A DNA stretch of 63,650 nucleotides, counting the filler, from Candidatus Woesearchaeota archaeon (GTDB lineage: Archaea; Nanobdellota; Nanobdellia; Woesearchaeales; B72-G16), in assembly GCA_003650545.1 (NCBI GenBank). It is 3 parts of 3 records of this genome, joined end to end, with 100 filler letters (N's around TTAATTAATTAA, not from the genome) between each part and the next. Parts side by side here need not be neighbours in the genome. Positions count along the whole stretch, not along the records: positions 25,134 to 50,084 come from QMQO01000020.1; 2 more parts are not named here. One strand, 5' to 3'. Under the pieces are notes generated by a model. That model ran no database searches and was not told the DNA's origin. It saw only the letters and a list, made by a program, of their open reading frames with translations. Position numbers and translations under genes: made by a program. Of this stretch, positions 36,639 to 48,848 are shown piece after piece; positions within the stretch are counted from its first letter, which is position 1; every line of letters starts with the position of its first letter.

Positions 36639-39455
36639 ATGATACTATTGTCTCTAGAAGCAAAAGTTAATCAAGAAGCAGCAAAAACTCTGTTCGCTGT
36701 TCCAGAAATATTGCATCTAGAGTTTGCTTTAAATGACACACCTTTTAACACGCAGATACTTGGTATGTTTAACTCAAAAGGTGGTTGTGGTAAGAGCCTT
36801 GTTATTCAAAATACAGCAATAGAGTGCTCCGAGTTTCCAAGCCATAAATGGTGTGCTAGGATTGATAACTTTAATAGTCTTTCACATGGAGAATACACAT
36901 TAGAGTATGAGATTGAATATAAGTTTGGTTGTGAGAAAAAAAATGTTTTAAAACGTAGACAAACAATTAAAATAATTAATGGACAGATGCAGGTGATAGG
37001 TTATGAAGGTAGGGTTTTACCTATGATGGAAAAGATTCCAACAGTTGAAAAGTGGAGTTCTAGCTTTTTGAATCAGAACACATTGTATAATCGATTAATC
37101 TTAAAGGGAAAGGATGGAAGAGTCCTCAAACTTCATAATTATTCCATTAAAGGAATAAACTACACATTGTATAATAAAAACAATTGTGTTGTTAGTTCTG
37201 GTAAATTCGAAGAAAAAGAACCAGAGGACTTAATCATTGACTTGGATTTTGCAATGGGCGCTGCTGAACAACAGTTAAAAGGAATGAAACAAGGCGGTCT
37301 TAAAAATCCTCTAATATACAGAAAGGACTCTAAGAAACTAGTAGATCTACTGTTAAAGAAAGATTTTCGCGGATTTTTTCAAACCATCCAGAAGCATTAT
37401 AACCCTATTAAGTTTACAAACAAGCCCATACCGCCAGCTAAGGTCGGCCATACGTATGATAACGTAACAGTTATAACAACTAAACCAGACGTAAGTCTTA
37501 TGCACGATCCTCAATTTGTGCAGTACATAAAAAAGATCATACAAGGTATTGCTGACACAGGATACTTTGATAGAATTCATATAGATACTGCTGCAAATTT
37601 CTCCCCATTGCATGCTGAAGTGCAGGAGATAACAGACAAGACTTTGGTTTCAGCAAGTTTTGAACCTGTTGACATGTATGGCGGCTATAACTATTTTCAA
37701 GAAGTTTTGAGCTATCATGCTTTAAAATCTTTGCCAAGCATAGGTAGGATTGCAGCGATTGCCTATGATTTCACTAAAGACCAACTAAAAAAACAATTTG
37801 AGTCAGAACTTAAAAAAGAAACAATGAATATTGTTGAAAAATCTCTAAATAAACATTCAAGATATGCAAAGCAACGTATGAAAGATGTTGAAAATTTTTT
37901 GAATAAGGATATATCAAATATACGTCCAGATGTCGCACAAGATATTGACTATAATATGAGAGATGTATTTAGGCAGATATTTTTTAAATACGTACATGAA
38001 AAAAATAATTTCATACAAGATGAATTGAGTCTTGACACAATTGAAAAAGATTTGAAGTCTGTGTCTGCTTTTGAATTAAACAATGATCAAGTTAGAGCTG
38101 CACTCAAAAATAGAAAACTAACAGAGCCTGAGATCGAGCGTTTGGTTAGTTCTGATTCCTTCAAGAACATGCTAGGAATTGATGGAATGACAGACGAAGA
38201 CATAAGGATGGAATACATTAAAAGGGACCTTACCCTTAAAGAGATTGAGCTTTTTGTAAAGCACGAACCACTGAGGAAGATACTCTATTTGCCATGTTTT
38301 GATTTTAGATCTTATGCTTTGAGACTGGGAGAGGCTATAACCGATTATTTAGTTAATCAATACGCTAAGAATGATAACTCATTATACAAAGTTGCTTTTG
38401 AAGTCAAAGAATCTATCAAATCCATAGATTGTCTGGATCACGGGGTTCTTAACAACCTATCATTGAAAGATGATGAAGATACTGTGGCATACTTTGGCCT
38501 GATCGAACATTACAAACAGGCATTCAAGAACATACATCTATTTAGAACAACCAAGCCAGAGCTTCAAGAGCTGTGTGCAGACTTTCAATCTATTATTTCT
38601 TCTATCAGGCAAACTCTAATTGAAGATATTCGTAAAAGAAAACAAACGGATATTGGTTTGGATTTAGTAAATCAAATTCTGGCAATCCACACCACTAATA
38701 ATAAGATCCATGAAGAATACGGAAAAAAAGAAGTTTTAATTGATGTAAGAGACAATAATACAGGAAAGATAGAATCCAGGAGATATCCTTTAACTCACAA
38801 GATTTATGATGATCTGAGAGGAATTTTTCCACTTAAACATGTTATTAGTGCGATGAGTGCTTGCGATGTTTATGCTAAAGAAAATCTCATTCCTTCAAAC
38901 ATACACCCTGCAATTGTTCCTGAGTTTAACAGAAGGAAGGCAGGTGCAGATGATTACAAACTTGTTATAAATATGGAGCCTACGAGCAAGATGTCTGAAA
39001 GGGTAAGCTCTATTTTGGGAGATGACGAAGTGATTGCAGCAGAAGCAGAGGTACATAAGGTTCAAGTTCCCACAAAAGAATTGTTATATGACAGAGCGAT
39101 GTTCTTTAAATATCTTGTATGGAGAGCCTTTGGTTTAAACGGACAGTGTATTGGTTCTATTCCTATAGATCCGCACGTTCCAACAATATGTAAAGAGAAA
39201 GGTTATGCTAGAACATGTTTAAGTGGGTATGGTCCTACTTTTACAGATAGAATGAAATTGGTTGCAGCAGGTGTTAAATACGACCTAAACTCACACGATT
39301 ATTTCTGTACAGTTACCTGTTTGAATGATTCGTCAGGAATCGGCAACATAAATATTGCACAGAAAGCGCTTAAATTATTTAGAATCAAAACAGACAAGAA
39401 AAAGATAGATCTCAGTGTTGTTGGAAAGATTGATATTCACACACCTGTAAAGTAA
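36639..39455 (+). CDS. Giant MinD/ParA-family ATPase with two large insertions
   Basis: FNSKGGCGKS, LIIDLD, FDRIHIDTAA, VSASFEPVD, KLVINM, IGSIPIDPHV spread over 938 aa. Confidence 0.72.
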   Translation: MILLSLEAKVNQEAAKTLFAVPEILHLEFALNDTPFNTQILGMFNSKGGCGKSLVIQNTAIECSEFPSHKWCARIDNFNSLSHGEYTLEYEIEYKFGCEKKNVLKRRQTIKIINGQMQVIGYEGRVLPMMEKIPTVEKWSSSFLNQNTLYNRLILKGKDGRVLKLHNYSIKGINYTLYNKNNCVVSSGKFEEKEPEDLIIDLDFAMGAAEQQLKGMKQGGLKNPLIYRKDSKKLVDLLLKKDFRGFFQTIQKHYNPIKFTNKPIPPAKVGHTYDNVTVITTKPDVSLMHDPQFVQYIKKIIQGIADTGYFDRIHIDTAANFSPLHAEVQEITDKTLVSASFEPVDMYGGYNYFQEVLSYHALKSLPSIGRIAAIAYDFTKDQLKKQFESELKKETMNIVEKSLNKHSRYAKQRMKDVENFLNKDISNIRPDVAQDIDYNMRDVFRQIFFKYVHEKNNFIQDELSLDTIEKDLKSVSAFELNNDQVRAALKNRKLTEPEIERLVSSDSFKNMLGIDGMTDEDIRMEYIKRDLTLKEIELFVKHEPLRKILYLPCFDFRSYALRLGEAITDYLVNQYAKNDNSLYKVAFEVKESIKSIDCLDHGVLNNLSLKDDEDTVAYFGLIEHYKQAFKNIHLFRTTKPELQELCADFQSIISSIRQTLIEDIRKRKQTDIGLDLVNQILAIHTTNNKIHEEYGKKEVLIDVRDNNTGKIESRRYPLTHKIYDDLRGIFPLKHVISAMSACDVYAKENLIPSNIHPAIVPEFNRRKAGADDYKLVINMEPTSKMSERVSSILGDDEVIAAEAEVHKVQVPTKELLYDRAMFFKYLVWRAFGLNGQCIGSIPIDPHVPTICKEKGYARTCLSGYGPTFTDRMKLVAAGVKYDLNSHDYFCTVTCLNDSSGIGNINIAQKALKLFRIKTDKKKIDLSVVGKIDIHTPVK

Positions 39456-39493
39456 ACAAATTATCAACAACATAACAACATAAACAAAAATTA

Positions 39494-40474
39494 TTATCGC
39501 CAGATGACATTAACATCATCTGTTCTTTCATATGGTTTAATTTCAGATTTTTCAACTTTAATTTCGCTGCCAGCATTAAACATCTGTACACCAGTCAAAG
39601 CGATCATAGCAGCGTTATCAACATTAAATTCATTTGGCAAAACATAACATCGAGCACCACGTTCCTTGCACATCTGTTTAGCCATCTCTTGTAAACGGGT
39701 GTTACATGCAACACCCCCGCCAAGCAACAACTCCTGTTTTCCAGTGTGAGCCATTGCGCGTTCACTAACCTCAACAAGCATTGCAAAGATGTGCTCTTGC
39801 ATAGAGTAACAGAGGTCCTCTTTAGTGAATTTGCCTGTTATGTACTTCTGTTTTAGATTAGTCAAAAGGCCGCCAAAGCTGACATCCATACCTTTGACAG
39901 AGTATGGAAGTTCTATTAGTTTTTTGCCGTGCTTAGCTAGTTCTGCTATTTTTGGTCCGCCTGGAAAACCTAAATCAAGGAAGCGAGCAAAAGAGTCAAT
40001 TAGATTACCAACACCTTGGTCTAATGTTTCGCCAAAAATTCTATATTTACCTGCTTCATAAGCTATGATTTGTGTGTTTGCACCACTTACATATAGCAGC
40101 ACAGGATCTTTTGCTTTTGTTAATGCACGCCCCACTTCAAGATGGGCAATGCAGTGATTGACGCCAACCAATGGTTTTTTTAGAAGGATTGATAGTGTTC
40201 TTGCCATCATTGCCCCAATTCTAAGGGTATGACCTAGCCCTGGTGATATAGAGAATGCTATAAGTTGTATGTCTCCTAGTTTAACATTAGCTCTCTTTAA
40301 TGCAGATTTAAGAACTTGGTCACAGACTTCTACATGATGTTTAGCTGCTAGATTTGGCACAATACCGCCGTGTTCTGTTGTGAAGCTCTTTATTTCATTT
40401 GAGAGCACTTTGTTATTATTAGCTATCGCTATTCCAAATGTGTGAGCAGTTGATTCTACGCCTAAGCAGATCAT
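39494..40474 (-). CDS. kae1: tRNA N6-adenosine threonylcarbamoyltransferase Kae1
   Basis: LGVESTAHT, VNHCIAHLE, LYVSGANTQ, GETLD, GGGVACN, DNAAMIA. Confidence 0.95.
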   Translation of the reverse strand: MICLGVESTAHTFGIAIANNNKVLSNEIKSFTTEHGGIVPNLAAKHHVEVCDQVLKSALKRANVKLGDIQLIAFSISPGLGHTLRIGAMMARTLSILLKKPLVGVNHCIAHLEVGRALTKAKDPVLLYVSGANTQIIAYEAGKYRIFGETLDQGVGNLIDSFARFLDLGFPGGPKIAELAKHGKKLIELPYSVKGMDVSFGGLLTNLKQKYITGKFTKEDLCYSMQEHIFAMLVEVSERAMAHTGKQELLLGGGVACNTRLQEMAKQMCKERGARCYVLPNEFNVDNAAMIALTGVQMFNAGSEIKVEKSEIKPYERTDDVNVIWR

Positions 40475-40802
40475 TTTTTATTCGAGGCATTAATTTATCA
40501 ATCCATTTATCAATCCTTTTGTCTACTTAAAAGCTGTTAAAAGCTGCTTTTTCATTCTTTTAGGTTATATCTCAAACTTAATTCGCTGTATTTATTAATG
40601 CTTATGTTTACTAATTATTTACTGATTACCTTTCATGTATTTCAATGCTTTCACAATTTCAATACTCTCATGTAAATATCTTCATATATAGTTAGTATTC
40701 TTTCTACTTCTAATATTAGAATTTAGAGGTTTTATATAACTGTTGGTTTTTCCGGTATCATCACAAAAACATATATAAAGAAGTTATACTTGTATCATAT
40801 CT

Positions 40803-42704
40803 ATGGATGACGATCTAAAATTCATAGTAGATGTAGCTAGCGAGTACAACCCTCGTTTTAAGAAAGAACTAGTTATAAAAGCATACAATTTTGCTAAGGA
40901 AGCCCATAAAGGTCAAAAACGCATCTCAGGAGAAGATTATTTCGTGCATCCTGTTGAGACTGCAAAAATATTGCTTGAGTTAAAAGCCGATTCATATACT
41001 TTATGTGCAGCGCTGCTACATGATGTGATTGAAGAAACATCTGTAACAAAAGAAGAAGTAGTTAAGATGTTTGGTGACGAAATTGCAGGACTGGTAGAAG
41101 GTCTAACTCATATAGAAAAAATACACTTCAAGAATAAGGAAGACTATACTGCAGAAAATCTCAGGAAGATTTTGCTTGCCACTTCTAAGGATATTCGTAT
41201 AATCTTGATAAGACTATCTGACAGGCTACATAACATGCGGACTTTGAAGTATCTACGCCCAGATCAACAAAAAAGAATAGCACAAGAAACATTGACTATA
41301 TACGCGCCTATAGCTTACAAACTAGGTTTGATGAAGATTAAAGGAGACCTAGAAGATCTTTCATTAAGGTTCTTAAAGCCAGAGGTTTATAAAAAAATCA
41401 CTGAGAGAATCAAAGAGAAGAGAGAAGCACGTGAGAAATATGCAGAGAGAGTTATGGAGTTTCTTAAAGAGAAACTAAAAGAAGAAAATATCCCTGCAAA
41501 GGTTACAGGAAGAGCCAAATATTTCTACAGCATCTATAGAAAGATGACTAAAAGGAATGTGCCTATTGACGAGATCTATGATTTAATCGGCATAAGAATC
41601 GTGACACAGACCATTCCACAATGCTATGCTGCTCTAGGTCTTGTACACAAAATCTGGAGACCTATGCCAGGAAAGTTTAAGGATTATATTTCTGTGCCAA
41701 AAGCAAATGGTTATCAGTCTCTGCACACAACCGTTGTAACAGAAGATGGTCGTGTATTAGAAGTACAGATAAGGACAGAAGAGATGGACCTAATTGCAGA
41801 AGAGGGTATTGCAGCACATTGGCGCTACACAGGCAGAGAGCGTGACAAAAGATTCGACCAAAAAATTAACTGGCTCAAGCAGCTTCTCTATTGGAAATCA
41901 AGTGAGGACGCAAAAGAATTTATAGAAACCTTTAAGTTTGATCTCTTTGAGAAAGAGATTGTTGTGTTTACACCAAAAGGTGATCCAATCTCTCTGCCTG
42001 AAGAGTCTACGCCAGTTGATTTCGCATTTGAGATACACACTAACCTCGGCAAGCAGTGTTCAAAGGCAAAGGTGAATGGTAATATTGTTCCTCTCAATTA
42101 TATCTTGAAAAGTGGGGATATTGTAGAGATAGTAACATCAAACAAGGCAAAACCTAGCAGACAGTGGCTTACGTTTGTTAAAACGAGCAAGGCAAGACAG
42201 AGAATAAAACAAGAACTTGGCATAGAATCTGTAAGATCGTCAAAGCTAAAAGAAAGAGAAGCACAAGGTGTCCTCAGAAACATAATTGTTGAAAGCAGAA
42301 GGCCTGCTAAACTTTCAAAATGCTGCTCGCCAGAGTATGGTGATGAGATCAAGGCTTTCTTAACAAAGGATGGAAAGGTCACAATACATAAAGCTGATTG
42401 CGAGAATATTCACACATTGGAGAAGAAAAAGGAAATCGGAGTAAGGTGGAGAGTCATACCAAAACTTGATTCTACTGATATCATAGTAGTTGTCAGGGAT
42501 AGGGTTGGTATGCTTTCAAATATTTTGACTGTTATTTCTAAAATGGGCATACATATAACTTCTGTTAAGTCAGAGATGAGAGGCGGCAGATTCAAATTAG
42601 TTATTGGCTTAAAGACTAAGGAGAAGTCTGTTGTTAAGCAGATCCTAGATAATCTGCGTGTTCTAAAAGACGTGATTGACGCAAAGATTTCTGACCTACC
42701 TTAA
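40803..42704 (+). CDS. Long RelA/SpoT homologue (HD, synthetase, TGS, ACT domains)
   Basis: H.GQKR.SGE.Y..HP, ALLHDVIE, DRLHNMRT, KFKDY, YQSLHT, EVQIRT, G.AAHW.Y, VFTPKG/TPVDFAF, KCCSP, ACT-like DRVGML. Confidence 0.93.
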   Translation: MDDDLKFIVDVASEYNPRFKKELVIKAYNFAKEAHKGQKRISGEDYFVHPVETAKILLELKADSYTLCAALLHDVIEETSVTKEEVVKMFGDEIAGLVEGLTHIEKIHFKNKEDYTAENLRKILLATSKDIRIILIRLSDRLHNMRTLKYLRPDQQKRIAQETLTIYAPIAYKLGLMKIKGDLEDLSLRFLKPEVYKKITERIKEKREAREKYAERVMEFLKEKLKEENIPAKVTGRAKYFYSIYRKMTKRNVPIDEIYDLIGIRIVTQTIPQCYAALGLVHKIWRPMPGKFKDYISVPKANGYQSLHTTVVTEDGRVLEVQIRTEEMDLIAEEGIAAHWRYTGRERDKRFDQKINWLKQLLYWKSSEDAKEFIETFKFDLFEKEIVVFTPKGDPISLPEESTPVDFAFEIHTNLGKQCSKAKVNGNIVPLNYILKSGDIVEIVTSNKAKPSRQWLTFVKTSKARQRIKQELGIESVRSSKLKEREAQGVLRNIIVESRRPAKLSKCCSPEYGDEIKAFLTKDGKVTIHKADCENIHTLEKKKEIGVRWRVIPKLDSTDIIVVVRDRVGMLSNILTVISKMGIHITSVKSEMRGGRFKLVIGLKTKEKSVVKQILDNLRVLKDVIDAKISDLP

Positions 42705-42797
42705 GCGGATAGACAAAGTTAGAATGATAAACTGGATACGAGTAATAAGTAATATGAGTTAGTTAAATAAATTAGTCAACATATAAAAACAAAACTT

Positions 42798-42822
42798 AAA
42801 ACTCAGCCAAAGCTGAGTTTTT
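42798..42822. terminator. Hairpin between convergent genes, possible bidirectional terminator
   Basis: AAAACTCAGC-CAAA-GCTGAGTTTT. Confidence 0.5.
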
Positions 42823-42933
42823 AACTCACTAGAGCCAATCACGCCAACATCACTGATAAAACTTTACTTGATGGTTGAAGACAATTAGAGGAAACTATAT
42901 CTTCTACCTTCTAACCCCAAATACTAATCATCA

Positions 42934-43119
42934 CTAATCATCAACCACCTTGATCGCTTGGTTAGGACACTGCACCTCACACGCACGGCAACCTATGCAC
43001 TCTTTTGGTTTTACAACTTTAGCTTTACCATCAATAATCTCAAATACATTCATTGGGCAGACTTCCTTGCAAACAGCACTACCTTTACATTTTTTTTCAT
43101 CAACTATTGGACGAGGCAT
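42934..43119 (-). CDS. Dicluster ferredoxin
   Basis: CKGSAVCKEVCP and CIGCRACEVQCP; ATG immediately follows the rps3ae stop. Confidence 0.9.
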   Translation of the reverse strand: MPRPIVDEKKCKGSAVCKEVCPMNVFEIIDGKAKVVKPKECIGCRACEVQCPNQAIKVVDD

Positions 43120-43995
43120 TTATTCACCTTCTATTTTAGAATTTTTGGCAGACTCTGATTCTATTTTTTTCTTTTGTTTTTTTTCTTTTTTAACAACCTT
43201 CGACTCTTTCAGACCTATTTCATGTTCTTCTAGTTTTTCTGATTCCTCTTCTTTTTCGGTTTTTTTCCCTTGAATTTTTGATTGTCCTAAACTTCCTTCA
43301 TCTTTTTTTGATTGAAGTTTTACCATTTTTTTTTCATTTTTCTCTTCTCTTTTCTCTTCTTTTTTTTCTTCCTTTACTTCCGCTTTTTCTTTTTCTTCAC
43401 TCTTTTCTGCTATAACTGTTTTTTTAGAAACAATCTTGAACATTCTGATTTCTGAATTTTTAACAGGAGTTATTTTATGCAAACTCTTACCTAACTCGGA
43501 CTGTAGCTTGTGATCCACAACAAATTTTACAAATTCTTCATAGCTTTTCTTCGCTGTTATTTTTTCCAAGAATTCTCTTGTAGCCTTTCTTAGAGCAGTT
43601 CTTACAGACCTGTATGCTTTGTTTCTTGTAATTAGGAATGGTTTGATTCTAATTTTAACAGCATCATTTGTAACACAAATAAAAGAATCATCAATTTTGT
43701 CTCGTTTGCGGCGAACCATTTTTTTAATGGCAGTAGGGATTATCTCATAACCTATAACATCTGTTCTGAATAAGTTATCACGAAAATCGTTTATCTTAAG
43801 CAACATGTTGATGTTTTGATTTTTTATGTTCCTTGTTAGATTCGCGAGGTTAACCTTCACATGCCTACCCAAAACGCTATTTATTTCAGAGGTATAGGTT
43901 TCTCCTATATGCGTCTCATTGAATAGTTTTGGGGCTAATATACCATACCAAACTTTTTTTCTTTTTCTAATGATCTTCTTTGTTTTTTTGGGCAT
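43120..43995 (-). CDS. rps3ae: 30S ribosomal protein S3Ae (eS1) with K/E-rich C-terminal extension
   Basis: KKVWY.ILAP..F...IGET, LGR.V..NL..LT, MVRR...KIDD. Confidence 0.88.
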   Translation of the reverse strand: MPKKTKKIIRKRKKVWYGILAPKLFNETHIGETYTSEINSVLGRHVKVNLANLTRNIKNQNINMLLKINDFRDNLFRTDVIGYEIIPTAIKKMVRRKRDKIDDSFICVTNDAVKIRIKPFLITRNKAYRSVRTALRKATREFLEKITAKKSYEEFVKFVVDHKLQSELGKSLHKITPVKNSEIRMFKIVSKKTVIAEKSEEKEKAEVKEEKKEEKREEKNEKKMVKLQSKKDEGSLGQSKIQGKKTEKEEESEKLEEHEIGLKESKVVKKEKKQKKKIESESAKNSKIEGE

Positions 43996-44049
43996 TTTAA
44001 TCTATATTTAAGAAAAAAATTAATGCTTTTATAAAGGTTATTGTTAATT

Positions 44050-44703
44050 TTAATAATTGGCAGTAGCATTGGCACTGGCACAGATATTTTCTGTAAGCCT
44101 TGTTGGACACCCCAAAATACCATTTTTTTTAAGATAACGGTCTGTAAAAAGTGCTCTTTCCCTTTGGTTAGGAGTTAATTTTCTTCCTGCTTTAGCAATA
44201 TAATATTCAATCTGTTGAGTACCATTTATGTAATCCACTGTTGCCTGGAGATAACATTCTGTATCTGTCTTTAGAGTCGTCTCAAGAGAGCTTTTTACTA
44301 ACCTAAGTATAGGATGTAGATTGAATCTACATTTAGATACAAGTCTATTATCATTAAAGACATCTTTTACAAAACCATTGATATATCTACTTTTTATTAC
44401 ACCATTCGCTTCCCATCTATTATCTGATATTTTTCTTATCACATATTCTCTTTTTAAAGGATAGGTTCTTGTAGATAAAGCTGAAGTTAAGGCTGAAATA
44501 TGCCAGATTTCTGAACTTCTATGATAGTCTTTAATATCCATAACCTTTTCTGGATCAATTTCTTCTGTTTCAATTGAAGATACACTTCTAGATGTAGCAA
44601 GAACCAACACAGGAGATATAGAGCCATTAGCCAGAGCAGTCACTAGATGATCAATTGAGACATTTCTATAAAATTGCGAAGTTGTATGTTGAATATCTGT
44701 CAT
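44050..44703 (-). CDS. Hypothetical protein
   Basis: 217-aa open frame co-oriented with neighbours; no motif recognised. Confidence 0.55.
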   Translation of the reverse strand: MTDIQHTTSQFYRNVSIDHLVTALANGSISPVLVLATSRSVSSIETEEIDPEKVMDIKDYHRSSEIWHISALTSALSTRTYPLKREYVIRKISDNRWEANGVIKSRYINGFVKDVFNDNRLVSKCRFNLHPILRLVKSSLETTLKTDTECYLQATVDYINGTQQIEYYIAKAGRKLTPNQRERALFTDRYLKKNGILGCPTRLTENICASANATANY

Positions 44704-44872
44704 TTTTATTGGTTATTTTCTATTTTGAATCTATATAATTTTATTAATCTACACTAATATAGAAAATAGTATACTAACATAGTATATAAAATTTATGTCG
44801 TACAGTATAGCTTATTGCATTTTTGTGAATTTAAATAAGTTAAAAAATATTTTCATAGTTAAAAGAGAATGG

Positions 44873-46816
<1,944 letters not shown>

Positions 46817-47157
46817 TCACGATAAATCTTAGTATCAGATGGTGGAATTACTATATAAAACTTTTGGTTTGAAGATGGTTGAAATAGTAGAATTCTAATG
46901 GTAGAGAAGCTCTCTTCCAATTCTTGTTTTTATTCTTCAATCTTTTTATTCTTCACTTTTTATTCTTCAATCGATCACAAATAATATTTTTCTTGATATT
47001 TTTTAATATTTTTTTCTTGAATATTTTTCATACAATTTTTTCATTTACTACATTGAAGGGCTTGTTATTTGAATACACTGGACACTGGACAGGTGCGGAC
47101 ACCATTTATAAATGAGCATTGATTAAAGATTATTATCAAATATCAGAGGTGATTGTC

Positions 47158-47616
47158 ATGGACCGTTATAAGGATGTGCCTCTTACAGAATTAACCCTTA
47201 GACGTTATGAAAAACCATCAAATCTTGGTAGAAGAGAGCTTGTCAAGAAGCTCTGTCTGAGCACAGGACTATTGCAGCCAGGCGATTCTAGAGATGTCAT
47301 AGTAGATGTGCTATTTGTACTGTTGCTGGCTGCTAAGAACAATGAATTGCTTAGCTCTGAAGAAGTTCAGAAAAGGGTTATAGAGCTAAGGAAACAAGAG
47401 GGGTTGCCTTTGTTAGGCATAGCAGCTTCGAACATAAGAAGGCAAATCAAACGTTTGCGCGATTTGTATCTAGCAGAAAAAGTAAAAAATAGATACAGGA
47501 TAACAGAATACGAACCATTGGGAGTGTTACTCCAAGAAAAGCTGGAGCGAGTGATGGTTCCCTCGTTGTTGTCAAGAATTAAGGAGTACGCAATGATGGT
47601 TGATGAAAAGTTTTGA
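47158..47616 (+). CDS. Hypothetical protein, winged-helix-like
   Basis: ELTLRRYEKP, GLLQPGDSRD, ASNIRRQIKRLRD; start moved to ATG 47158 after GAGGTGA. Confidence 0.7.
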   Translation: MDRYKDVPLTELTLRRYEKPSNLGRRELVKKLCLSTGLLQPGDSRDVIVDVLFVLLLAAKNNELLSSEEVQKRVIELRKQEGLPLLGIAASNIRRQIKRLRDLYLAEKVKNRYRITEYEPLGVLLQEKLERVMVPSLLSRIKEYAMMVDEKF

Positions 47617-47799
47617 TTACATTTTTTGATTACATTATTTGAACTTTCTTGTGAGAACAAAATTTGAGTTAAAGCCATAACTTAAATAATAACTTTTAGA
47701 CTAAAATCATTTAGACCTAAAATCAGAAGCAGCTTTTAGTATTTAGAATAGAAAGCTGAGGAGTAAGCACTAAGAACTAGAACTCGGAAGGTGCACAAT

Positions 47800-48624
47800 T
47801 TAATATTTTCTTTTATGATGAAAATAAATTCTAAAATTAATTTTTTTTTGTTTACAGAAGTCTTTAATCTTCTTTTCTTCAATCTCCCAATAATTGTTTT
47901 TTATGTTTTTTATTGAATAGATCTCTTTGTATTTTTCTATCAGCTTGGGTTCATTCTTTTTTAAGAATTCATAAACATTATTTTTGATAGATGAATAAAG
48001 ATTTAGATTTTCAAACCAGTATTCGTCAACAAAATCTTTTGTCTTTTCAATTACCTTCCTCCAATCAGTCAGATAAGGAAAAATTGGAGATACAAATAAA
48101 GCAGTTTGAATTCCAGCATTATGAAGTTTCTTCAGAGCATTTATTCTTGCTTCTGCTGAAGACGAGCAAGGCTCTAATTGTTTTCTTAGATTCTCATCTA
48201 GAATTGAAAGAGAAATTGCAATAATACAATCCATAAATTGCTTGAACATATCAATATCTCTAACTACTAAATCAGATTTTGTTATCAAATCTAAATGCGA
48301 TTGGAAAGGAGTCAATTTTTCAAGGATTTTTCTTGTAAGTTTGTATTTTCTTTCTATTGGTTGGTAAGGATCACAGACAGAACCAATTGTTATTGATTTA
48401 TTTTTGAATTTGTTAGTTTTTTTGGGAATTAAATCTGGTGCGTTAATTTTTATGTCAACAAATTTACCCCAAGCTTCTGTATGCCCAGTAAATCTTTTCA
48501 TAAATCTTGCATAGCAGTAAATACAATCGTGCTGACAACCAACATAAGGATTTATTACATAATCACTCTCAGATAGATTTGATTTTACAATAAGGGATTT
48601 TACTTTTATTTCTCTTATTTTCAT
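47800..48624 (-). CDS. Radical SAM protein, spore photoproduct lyase-like family
   Basis: INPYVGCQHDCIYCYA, DPYQPIE, LITKS, LEP...R..AL. Confidence 0.88.
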   Translation of the reverse strand: MKIREIKVKSLIVKSNLSESDYVINPYVGCQHDCIYCYARFMKRFTGHTEAWGKFVDIKINAPDLIPKKTNKFKNKSITIGSVCDPYQPIERKYKLTRKILEKLTPFQSHLDLITKSDLVVRDIDMFKQFMDCIIAISLSILDENLRKQLEPCSSSAEARINALKKLHNAGIQTALFVSPIFPYLTDWRKVIEKTKDFVDEYWFENLNLYSSIKNNVYEFLKKNEPKLIEKYKEIYSIKNIKNNYWEIEEKKIKDFCKQKKINFRIYFHHKRKY

Positions 48625-48848
48625 CGTAAATCTTTAAAATTGAAGAGATTAATAAATCTTCCTAGAGATAAAGGAATTGCAGCAGATCATAGATAAGGAA
48701 TTCTATTAGAACACTCTTTCGATATATTTTATCGAGATCCTGATTTCAGAACCGAGGTTGTCTATAAGACCCTACTAAAAAGAATTCTCATCATCACAGC
48801 ACTCTGAAAACATAACTTTTATAAATAGTTCTCAAAATCAAATATATT

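Noticed and set aside
33614..39455. Integrated plasmid or provirus with a ParA partition cassette
   Set aside because: No integrase, replication, ParB or virion genes, and no att-like repeats seen.
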